IMG/VR virus record: IMGVR_UViG_3300009183_000103
Location: 1 to 60,596 of that record
Source of the DNA: a virus
Taxonomy: Duplodnaviria > Caudoviricetes
Strand: one strand, 5' to 3'
DNA: 60,596 nt
This document shows positions 49,353 to 57,630 of this stretch, piece by piece (positions within the stretch are counted from its first letter, which is position 1; each line of letters opens with the position of its first letter). The position numbers were made by a program, and so were the translations under genes. The notes beneath the pieces are model-generated. The model searched no databases. It was given only the letters and a program-made list of their open reading frames with translations, and was not told the origin of the DNA.

Positions 49353-51408
49353 CTTGATTTACAGCCTGGACCTGCCCAGCTAATACTGAGGCTGCATACT
49401 TGCCTTGATTAAATATATCTGCTCCTGTGCCTTGACCTTCCCTAAAGTTTTTAGCCGCATTAACTCCGACATCATGTGCCAAGGCTAACATACCCGCTAC
49501 ATCTTCAGGCGGTTGTTCTTCTGAGATTGCACCACTGGCGACCATAGCAGTATAGTTATTATTGGTCAGTTCTTCCATGATAGATTCTTGTTCGGGTCCG
49601 TTATCTAATAATGCATCAACTGAGTCTATACCATTCTTTCCAATCCAACTGTTGGGATTTTGTAAATCTTCATTGCTAGCCACTGTGCTTTTTACGTAGC
49701 CGCCATCTATTAATGCTTGATAATCAATCTGGTATTTGCCTACTGCGCCTGTATCGGCATCAACTGATGTATAATCATTGCCAGCACCTGCCTGTGCTAG
49801 TAAAGCTGTGGTTTGGTCTTGGCTTAGTGTACCTACCGGTGCACTGGCCGCGGGTTGATTTCTCAGGTCTTTTAAGGTTGCGGGATTTTGCACTCCTATT
49901 TCACCCGCATTTTTAGTAGCATCAATGGCGCCTTTGTAAGGTTTTGGTTGTATGCCCGGGCTAGTTGGTTTATAGAATACTCCGTTATAGCCACGTGAGT
50001 ATGGTTCGTGTGTTGGCGCTACTGTTACTATGGTGCTCAAAGCATTAGGAACAACACGCCAAACACCGTTGGTATTTAATCCTGCACTGGGTAAGCTGTT
50101 TACCTGTAAAGGATCTACTCCTTTGACTGCGGTAGACGCACCGCTGTTCTGGTAGATGCCGCTGGCATCTACAGCAAACTTAGCAGCGGCCTTTAAAGAC
50201 ATTGCCGCAGAGGATTCTACATTAAACGCCGCACCTGATTTAAATTCGGTCAATCCAGACGATTCTACTTTTAGTGTTCCTGTTAGTAATTCTGTTTTGG
50301 TAGTTTCTAACTTGATTTTTGATCCGGATTTCATATTAATACTACCACCGGCATTGATATTAATATTAGTGTCACTGTGTAGATTCAGTGTGCCTTCACT
50401 GCGGACATTAAATGATCCTGATGCATAAGCACTGATACTGCCACTAGGTCCTAGTTCAATCCAACTACCACCATCTGCGTGTGCGATATAGATAGTTTTA
50501 TTGGTATCGTGCATTAATATCTGATGACCGTTAGCAGTGCGAAGTCTGACCAATTGATCTTCACCTAGAGCCGCACCATCATCCATGACAAATACATGCC
50601 CACCTTTGCGTGATTTAATTTTTAGATATTTAGGATCAATTTTACCTGCAGACAGCTCTGATGTATATTTGTCTTTAGATTCTTTAGTGTCTGCTGGATC
50701 ATCTAGTGGGCGGCCCGGTGTGCTGATACCAAATACCTGGCTTGGACTTTCACGTTGGCTTGAACTAGATATAGCACCGCGAGTAGTATCTTGATCTAGT
50801 CCCTGTTTGCGTAGGATATTATACTGTATCACATGCACAGGTTTATTGTTTAGATAAAATGATGTGTTGGTAAAATCTTTAGTGTATTCATTAAATTCAA
50901 CTACTGGAACGATGTCGCCTTTGGCATATGATTTACGTTGATCAGCAGTCAGACTAGTAACGTCTACATTTTGTGTACCTGCGATACCTGGCAACATGAA
51001 ATGGCTAAGATTACTATTAACACAACCAATAAAATATCCACGTAATGGATCGCCTGCAATGAATATAACGATAACTTCTACACCAATGTCGGGTGGCACC
51101 ATCCACATACCATAGGTATGGCTCACCCTAGTAAAACTATTATCTGGGCTAGGGGAATCTGTTTGTGATTGGACTTGGCTGGTATAGCCCATATAAGGAC
51201 TGCTATAGCTAACCGTGCGCCAATTGTTTGGGTCGTCTGCTGGGCCACCTAGGTCGGGAATATATACCTGTAATCTTCCTGACAAGGTTGGATCAAGATT
51301 ATTTTTAACGATGCCTACGTATGGGTAGGGATCGACACGAGTGCCTGGGGCGTCTTCACGTCTTGCTGATTTAACTACCTTACTACCTATCCTATCATTG
51401 GTTGCCAT
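49348..51408 (-). CDS. Baseplate central spike, gp5/VgrG-like, with C-terminal lysozyme-like domain
   Basis: OB-fold motifs DPTLSGRLQVYIP and PPDIGVEVIVIF; beta-helix region GHVFVMDD/GHQILMHD; C-terminal AVGKYQI. Confidence 0.8.
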   Translation of the reverse strand: MATNDRIGSKVVKSARREDAPGTRVDPYPYVGIVKNNLDPTLSGRLQVYIPDLGGPADDPNNWRTVSYSSPYMGYTSQVQSQTDSPSPDNSFTRVSHTYGMWMVPPDIGVEVIVIFIAGDPLRGYFIGCVNSNLSHFMLPGIAGTQNVDVTSLTADQRKSYAKGDIVPVVEFNEYTKDFTNTSFYLNNKPVHVIQYNILRKQGLDQDTTRGAISSSSQRESPSQVFGISTPGRPLDDPADTKESKDKYTSELSAGKIDPKYLKIKSRKGGHVFVMDDGAALGEDQLVRLRTANGHQILMHDTNKTIYIAHADGGSWIELGPSGSISAYASGSFNVRSEGTLNLHSDTNININAGGSINMKSGSKIKLETTKTELLTGTLKVESSGLTEFKSGAAFNVESSAAMSLKAAAKFAVDASGIYQNSGASTAVKGVDPLQVNSLPSAGLNTNGVWRVVPNALSTIVTVAPTHEPYSRGYNGVFYKPTSPGIQPKPYKGAIDATKNAGEIGVQNPATLKDLRNQPAASAPVGTLSQDQTTALLAQAGAGNDYTSVDADTGAVGKYQIDYQALIDGGYVKSTVASNEDLQNPNSWIGKNGIDSVDALLDNGPEQESIMEELTNNNYTAMVASGAISEEQPPEDVAGMLALAHDVGVNAAKNFREGQGTGADIFNQGKYAASVLAGQVQAVNQG

Positions 51409-51423
51409 TTGTATTTCCTTTGA

Positions 51424-54285
51424 TTATTGCACCGCGGCCTCACCTGGCACTCTATTACCCCTAGCAGATATTGGAGTAAAGTTTGGTGCTATGGCCTGCG
51501 GTTCTGTTTGAGCAGTTATAGTTTCCTCTGGTGCAGTTTCATTTACTATACGCAGATCCTGTGCGTTCTGTGTTAATAATGGCGGTACTGTATTGACTGC
51601 TTCCGCCGCAGGTTGGTCTTGGCCAGGTGTTTGATTAGTTGCTGTATCACTTGCATCAGCCGTGGTTCGAGGAGCTGTACCACTTTGTAATAACCCAGGA
51701 ATGATTGGTGGGGTTTGCGTAATACCTAGTTTACCCGGAAATGAATCTGGATTAGATTCTTGTCGTTGTGTTCTTTCTGTTCCGTCGGTATTTTGTAATT
51801 CAGTATAGTCAAATGCAGCTTGTCGAGGTAAGCGGGCCAATTCTAATTCTTGCGTAAATTGTCCATTTTGAAAATTGCTAGTAACTTGTATAACTCGATA
51901 TAGGCCGCTGAATAAACTATTTTTATAATTAGAATCAAATTCCATTAATCCCGTCGATTCGTCGATGTCAACAGGAGTGCGGAATAATACCTGTGCATAT
52001 AATTCTCCGTTATCCATTACCAAACTACTGTTATTTGGTAATAGTCTTTCGTCGGATGTAGGTTTGGTTGGAGTAGCAGTGATACTAGTCAATGGTGTTC
52101 TATAGAATATATCATCTTGTTTGATAAAATCTGGATCTCCTAGGATCTTTAATTTTAAAACCATCATATCACCTAGGGTATTGGTCATGATACTATCAGC
52201 TAAATCAACAGCTGCAACTTGTTTTGTATCGCTTGCTCCGCCAGTGGCACTGGCAGTAGAATTCTGTACCACAGGATGTAGGATTGATGGCATGACTGCA
52301 TTAGGTTCCATTGATGCATCACCGCCACCGTAATTTGGGAAATTTTGTGTTTGTTTGGCAACAGCATTGCTGTCAGCTGTGGGATTAAGTTCTGCCAGGC
52401 TATTCCTGTAGGCTGTGACTTGATTAAAGTATAGGGCGTTAAAGTTAATATCAAAATCAAATACATCATCATTCTTACCAGTGTAGATATAGTTATAATT
52501 TTTACAAGGACTTAATTGCACCCCTTGTGGAGCTATGTCGAGGCGCACATTGAAAATCTTATATGGTGTTATCCTATATGTTATTTCTCTAGCAAAAACA
52601 CCTCTAATTTTATCAAATGTTCGTAATCTAACAATTGGTACAATCTTAAACCAATTTAATGGCTCTTCAGCCATTTGTTTTCTTTTTTGATCGTAATCAG
52701 GGTCTTCAGGTAGGATCAATTGATTTTGTATATAATCGCTGTTACGTATCACATATTCTAATAATTTTTCAATAGTCGTACCATAGTTTACTTGGAATAC
52801 GATCTTGCTAGGATCATATATTGCCTGTTGTTCACCTGCGGCTTGTCTTTTTATATTTACGAAGTCATTGGGTGTTCTGGCATCTTGCATTCTGGTTCGT
52901 TTAGGAGTAACTGTATCTGCGTGGGTAAAAAGACTTTTACCAATGATATCATCAAATTCAAATCTATAAACATCGTTCTCACTTACTTTACCGTAGGATT
53001 TTAACTTTTCACACCATTCATTGATAGCAGTGCCATAGCTCTTAACACGTGTATAGGTAGTATTACTAGCAGTGCCAAGGAAGTTTGGGCCTTGATTATA
53101 CTGTTCTGTTATAGCACGTTCGCCAGGCACTTGATTGCCGGCAAATGGTACAGTGTCAGCGGCTGTGCCTTCGATTGATTGGAAAAATTCAGATACAGAT
53201 CCGGCTACTACTTCAAAATTGGCCGGGGTAGTTACGGTATTTTTATCGTATGCTGAATGGTTGTATGCCGCGGCAGTTATTCTATATTCTGCACCTTTAC
53301 CACTGACCTTTACATCAAATTTAGTAAGTTTAATGGGTATGCGTTTGCGTAATTCTTCAACTGAGCCAACGATCTTACCGGCATCATCTATGGTAAAGAA
53401 ATCTATCTGTAGTAGATATGGCATCATTGTATAGCTTTCACTTTTAATAGCTTTGGCCGCTTTGATTATGCGTTCAATTAGTGTAAACCCGTAAGGTTCA
53501 ATAATAGTAAATGATGTTTCTATAGCATTAGTATTTCTACTAGTATTATTTGGTGCTATGGTTGTTAGTAAATTAAGATTTTCAAAATAGAAATCTTTGT
53601 CAAAGAATTCACTGCGTGGAAACGTATCCGGGCTATACCGCCCAGCACTGGCTATCAATACACGCTTGGGTGTATAGGTCTGTGTGTTGACCATGTCGTT
53701 GTATTCATCTTCTGTTAATAGATGAAGACTTAGGCCATAGATATAGCTAGGATATTGATGTAATCTATTGGGAATTGGATATAATATGCCGGGACGTTTT
53801 GCAGTAACAACATTATCTTCACCTACGGCAACATCTGTAGGCGCCTGTATGTTAGGATCACCAGGTCCTGCTCCTACTAGAGCATTAGCATTATTAATAC
53901 GTTTTTGTAGATCTGTGCCTTCACTGCGTTCATAGTATTTGTCCACTACCGTGGCGGCATCAGCCGCATTGGTAGTGGCTTTAAGTTTAGTTCCGGCTGA
54001 TTTTTCGGTTCCCTGGGTTAATTCATAGTTTACAAAATCTAATTGCTCTTCTAAGGTTCCTTGGCTTACTGGTTTGCCATAACGTTGTTCAAAATTAGTC
54101 TGCCTAGGCCCTCGCCATTGTGCGATACCCGCAGCACCTTTGCCACCTCCTGCAGCATTAAATGCCTTAGGATTGATTTGTGATTCTGTTTGTAAGTTAC
54201 CGACGATGCCTGCGGCCTGTGCTGGAGTCCATCCTTTGCTTTCAAAGAATCGTAAAGCGGTTTGACTTGATTGACTAATAGCCAT
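51424..54285 (-). CDS. Baseplate hub protein with N-terminal phage tail lysozyme domain
   Basis: QAAGIVGNLQTES, GIAQW, EEQLDFVNYEL, YYERS; C-terminal ILGDP...FSGLYRVIQVTSNFQNGQFTQELEL hub-like region. Confidence 0.8.
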   Translation of the reverse strand: MAISQSSQTALRFFESKGWTPAQAAGIVGNLQTESQINPKAFNAAGGGKGAAGIAQWRGPRQTNFEQRYGKPVSQGTLEEQLDFVNYELTQGTEKSAGTKLKATTNAADAATVVDKYYERSEGTDLQKRINNANALVGAGPGDPNIQAPTDVAVGEDNVVTAKRPGILYPIPNRLHQYPSYIYGLSLHLLTEDEYNDMVNTQTYTPKRVLIASAGRYSPDTFPRSEFFDKDFYFENLNLLTTIAPNNTSRNTNAIETSFTIIEPYGFTLIERIIKAAKAIKSESYTMMPYLLQIDFFTIDDAGKIVGSVEELRKRIPIKLTKFDVKVSGKGAEYRITAAAYNHSAYDKNTVTTPANFEVVAGSVSEFFQSIEGTAADTVPFAGNQVPGERAITEQYNQGPNFLGTASNTTYTRVKSYGTAINEWCEKLKSYGKVSENDVYRFEFDDIIGKSLFTHADTVTPKRTRMQDARTPNDFVNIKRQAAGEQQAIYDPSKIVFQVNYGTTIEKLLEYVIRNSDYIQNQLILPEDPDYDQKRKQMAEEPLNWFKIVPIVRLRTFDKIRGVFAREITYRITPYKIFNVRLDIAPQGVQLSPCKNYNYIYTGKNDDVFDFDINFNALYFNQVTAYRNSLAELNPTADSNAVAKQTQNFPNYGGGDASMEPNAVMPSILHPVVQNSTASATGGASDTKQVAAVDLADSIMTNTLGDMMVLKLKILGDPDFIKQDDIFYRTPLTSITATPTKPTSDERLLPNNSSLVMDNGELYAQVLFRTPVDIDESTGLMEFDSNYKNSLFSGLYRVIQVTSNFQNGQFTQELELARLPRQAAFDYTELQNTDGTERTQRQESNPDSFPGKLGITQTPPIIPGLLQSGTAPRTTADASDTATNQTPGQDQPAAEAVNTVPPLLTQNAQDLRIVNETAPEETITAQTEPQAIAPNFTPISARGNRVPGEAAVQ

Positions 54286-54288
54286 CTA

Positions 54289-54591
54289 CTATAGTCCCAA
54301 TGCGTTGGTTAGATTCTGTTTCTGTGGCACGTAGATCGTAACACCGGGTTGGAAATCAAATATGGGATCTTGGATGACATTTGGATTGCGAACTGCAAAT
54401 ACCCACCATAGAGCACTGTCACCATACAAGTCATAGGCTAATAGATCAGGACGATTCTTGTAGATAGCATCGATTTCATAAGCTACATCACCTGCGTCAA
54501 TCGGAACTGCTGGAATATTAGCCACATCTAAAAAGAAACCATAGACGTCAGTGTTGGCATAGGGACTGGTCCTTGAATAAGTGATTGCCAT
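54289..54591 (-). CDS. Baseplate wedge subunit, gp53-like (LysM-type)
   Basis: RPDLLAYDLYGDSALWWVFAVRN...IYVP. Confidence 0.85.
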   Translation of the reverse strand: MAITYSRTSPYANTDVYGFFLDVANIPAVPIDAGDVAYEIDAIYKNRPDLLAYDLYGDSALWWVFAVRNPNVIQDPIFDFQPGVTIYVPQKQNLTNALGL

Positions 54592-55610
54592 TAGATAAAT
54601 CCTCCAAATCCTTTGTCGTTGTCTGCTAGTAATCCACCTGAGGCAAATTTACTTAAATCAAAGCGTTCATGTATGTTTTTGCGACTGTAAATTGGTTTGA
54701 GTGTAACAGCTAAGGTACTGACTGCCGGCACACGAGTTGTTGTTGTGATAGTATTATATTGTAAATTGGGTGCCGATGTAGCTCTAGTGCCTTCTTTGCT
54801 GGACTGTAATAGGCTAGGAACATATTTTTGTTCTTCTTCACTCAGTTGAACGCTGCCAAAATTACTATTACCCGGCGTAGATTGGGTCTCAGACAGTGTG
54901 GTTTTGCTGATTGGTACTTGTATGTAATCTACCTCAGCTGGCATAGTGTGTTGGAATGTTGAGATTACACAGGGCACGTGGGGAAAGTAATGACTACCAT
55001 ATCCGTCTAAGAACACTATCGGTGGTGGATTACCCACGTTAGCACCTTGTCCAAAGAACATCTTGGTCGCTGCACGGAAAAAGTATATGGCCGCCATTAG
55101 ATATTGTCCGTCTGCAGGACTTTGCACTGTAAATTCACCTGATACCTGTATGTCTGCCACTTCTGAATTGTTGTAAAAGTGTGCGGGATAATTACTATGT
55201 GTAAGGGCTGCTGAATTATAGTTGGCTTGATGTGTTACGCTGATCTGTGGGACATAGGGCCAAATAACACCGTTAGTTTCGATCAATGGATACATTAGTG
55301 CATTATCTAATATTGTTGGATCTTGATAGAATATATCAGCACCAGCAGCTAAACTTACACGGACACGCCAATCGTCTTCAGCGGCAGCAGTAGCACCACC
55401 AGACCCTGAAGCATTTTGGAATCCAATATTAGGTATAGATTTGGCTTGACTACTGGCTCCGCCAGGCAATAGCCCGCTGACAGCACTACGAGCTTTACTG
55501 GGATTCAGCAGATCAAACACAGTATTACTACCCGAAGCATGTCCTTTGTCGGACGTGTATCCTGGTAGGAAACTGTTTGACTGATTATAGATTCCAGATA
55601 ATATAGACAT
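54591..55610 (-). CDS. Baseplate/tail-tube initiator-like protein (gp48/gp54-like position)
   Basis: Head of the baseplate operon; GVIWPYVPQI, FFRAATKMFFG, GNPPPIVFLDGYG; GAGG RBS. Confidence 0.65.
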   Translation of the reverse strand: MSILSGIYNQSNSFLPGYTSDKGHASGSNTVFDLLNPSKARSAVSGLLPGGASSQAKSIPNIGFQNASGSGGATAAAEDDWRVRVSLAAGADIFYQDPTILDNALMYPLIETNGVIWPYVPQISVTHQANYNSAALTHSNYPAHFYNNSEVADIQVSGEFTVQSPADGQYLMAAIYFFRAATKMFFGQGANVGNPPPIVFLDGYGSHYFPHVPCVISTFQHTMPAEVDYIQVPISKTTLSETQSTPGNSNFGSVQLSEEEQKYVPSLLQSSKEGTRATSAPNLQYNTITTTTRVPAVSTLAVTLKPIYSRKNIHERFDLSKFASGGLLADNDKGFGGFI

Positions 55611-55624
55611 AATTAAAATACCTC

Positions 55625-55653
55625 TTGTATCTTATATTTATAGGTATTATAAT
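55625..55653 (+). promoter_or_regulatory. Sigma70-type promoter for gp55: TTGTAT-N17-TATAAT
   Basis: Perfect -10, 17-nt spacer, TTG-containing -35; AAGGA RBS before ATG 55682. Confidence 0.7.
55635..55642 (-). promoter_or_regulatory. Late promoter TATAAATA for the baseplate operon
   Basis: Exact T4 late consensus ending 24 nt upstream of ATG 55610. Confidence 0.8.
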
Positions 55654-55681
55654 AGTAGTAGTTTAAAAGGAAAATTACATA

Positions 55682-56563
55682 ATGAGAAAGGTCAACTACC
55701 TCAACAATAAAGACATTTTAAAAGAAATTGCAAAAAGCAAGCTGACTTATTGTAGTTTTATAGACGATAGTGTTAAAAGCTATGATATGATTGTCACAGG
55801 TGTAGATAAGATTACCAAAAAAGCCGTACAGGAAGCACGAAAATCTCGTGCAGAACGACTAGCTAAAGAAGCACAAGAAGTGGATTTATTAAATGGTGTT
55901 AAGAAAAAACTAGACGAATACTTAACTCCTACTAAAGATATTCCCGTAACAGATGTAGTTTTCCGTGTAATGACCTGGGAACATATACCAATTGACGAAG
56001 CAAAACAGAAAAAAGCTGATGCTAAAGCACAGGAAGAATATGATTCCGACGAAGATAACTTTGAAACAGAGTATGATGAACCTGTGGTAGTCAAAGGTGC
56101 AACCAAGTATACCAAAGTTAACTTTCCACCGTTCCAACATTTTAAAGTTGATGAGGCAGGCACACCTGTCTGCGTAGGCAAAAGTCATTGGAAGGGCGGA
56201 GTTGAAAAAGGTAAATTTTCAAAAGATCACGGTACCATGACAGGTAAACTAGCTCATATGTTTATCAAACTATGTGAGCGTTATGCTACAAGATCAAACT
56301 GGCGTGGTTATACCTATAACGATGAAATGCGTAGTCAAGCATTACTTCAACTAAGTCAAATTGGTCTACAATTTGATGAAGCAAAAAGTCAAAACCCATT
56401 TGCTTACTACACGGCAGCTATCACCAACAGTTTCACTCGTGTATTAAACATAGAAAAACGTAATCAAAATATCCGTGATGATATTTTAGAGATGAACAAT
56501 TATTCACCAAGCTACACCCGTCAAGGCGATTGGGGTGCTGGTGGTGGGCACTACGAAGAATAA
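55682..56563 (+). CDS. gp55: Late-transcription sigma factor, gp55-like, with a large insertion
   Basis: NYLNNKDILKEI; NWRGYTYNDEMRSQA...FDEAKSQNPFAYYT...IEKR; located upstream of gp47/gp46 as in T4. Confidence 0.88.
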   Translation: MRKVNYLNNKDILKEIAKSKLTYCSFIDDSVKSYDMIVTGVDKITKKAVQEARKSRAERLAKEAQEVDLLNGVKKKLDEYLTPTKDIPVTDVVFRVMTWEHIPIDEAKQKKADAKAQEEYDSDEDNFETEYDEPVVVKGATKYTKVNFPPFQHFKVDEAGTPVCVGKSHWKGGVEKGKFSKDHGTMTGKLAHMFIKLCERYATRSNWRGYTYNDEMRSQALLQLSQIGLQFDEAKSQNPFAYYTAAITNSFTRVLNIEKRNQNIRDDILEMNNYSPSYTRQGDWGAGGGHYEE

Positions 56564-56578
56564 TTGGCAACATAAGAT

Positions 56579-56607
56579 TTGCACTTTAACGTTGACTCAC
56601 GTATACT
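56579..56607 (+). promoter_or_regulatory. Sigma70-type promoter for gp47: TTGCAC-N17-TATACT
   Basis: Near-consensus hexamers with a 17-nt spacer; ATG 56614 is 6 nt after the -10. Confidence 0.65.
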
Positions 56608-56613
56608 ATAACT

Positions 56614-57630
56614 ATGGCTAATCTATTCAAGAAAGCGGCTGTTCTGACTGACATCCATTTTGGATTAAAGTCAAACAGTGCCACACACAACGACGACTGT
56701 CTTAACTTTGTCAAATGGTTTATAGAAACCGCTAAAGCCGAAGGCTGTGATACCTGTTTCATGACAGGCGACTGGCATAACAATCGTGCGGCAATCAACA
56801 TAGTCACACTGAATTACAGTCTTACTGCCCTAGAGTTATTGGGCAAGGCCTTTGATCGTGTGTTCTTTATTCCAGGTAATCACGATCTATACTATAGAGA
56901 TAAACGTGACATACAATCAGCTGAGTGGGCCAGACATATACCAAACATTGAGATCATCAACGACTTCTACAAAGAAGGTGATGTCAGTATCGTTCCTTGG
57001 CTAGTTGGTGATGATCATAAGAAACTAGGTAAGATTTCGGCCAAGTATATGTTCGGACATTTAGAACTACCGCACTTCTATATGAATGCCATGGTTGCCA
57101 TGCCAGACACTGGTGAGATCAAAGAAGGTGCGTTTAATGGTGTAGAAAAGGTATTCACCGGACATTTCCATAAACGTCAGACACGGGGCAACATTACCTA
57201 TATGGGCAACTGTTTCCCGCATAATTATGCCGATGCTGGAGATGATGCACGTGGTATGATGGTATTAGAGTGGGGGCAAGAACCTGTGTTCCATACTTGG
57301 CCAGGACAACCTATGTATCGTGTGTTGAATCTCAGTGATGTATTACGAACACCAGAAGCACTGCTATTACCAAACATGCACTGTCGTGTCAATCTAGACA
57401 TCGATATCAGTTACGAAGAAGCAACATTTATCAAAGAAACATTTGTTGGCACATATCAATTACGTGAACTGACATTACTACCAGTCAAGAATGCTGACAT
57501 TGGGTCTGATATCATGCTGGGTAATATCAAATTTGAAAGTATCGACAGTATTGTAACTAGCCAATTGACCAATATCGCCAGCGATCATTATGATCCAAAT
57601 TTACTTTTGGATATCTACAGACATCTATGA
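56614..57630 (+). CDS. gp47: Recombination endonuclease subunit gp47 (Mre11/SbcD-like)
   Basis: Metallophosphoesterase motifs TDIHFG, GDW, GNHD, GHLE, GHFH. Confidence 0.93.
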   Translation: MANLFKKAAVLTDIHFGLKSNSATHNDDCLNFVKWFIETAKAEGCDTCFMTGDWHNNRAAINIVTLNYSLTALELLGKAFDRVFFIPGNHDLYYRDKRDIQSAEWARHIPNIEIINDFYKEGDVSIVPWLVGDDHKKLGKISAKYMFGHLELPHFYMNAMVAMPDTGEIKEGAFNGVEKVFTGHFHKRQTRGNITYMGNCFPHNYADAGDDARGMMVLEWGQEPVFHTWPGQPMYRVLNLSDVLRTPEALLLPNMHCRVNLDIDISYEEATFIKETFVGTYQLRELTLLPVKNADIGSDIMLGNIKFESIDSIVTSQLTNIASDHYDPNLLLDIYRHL

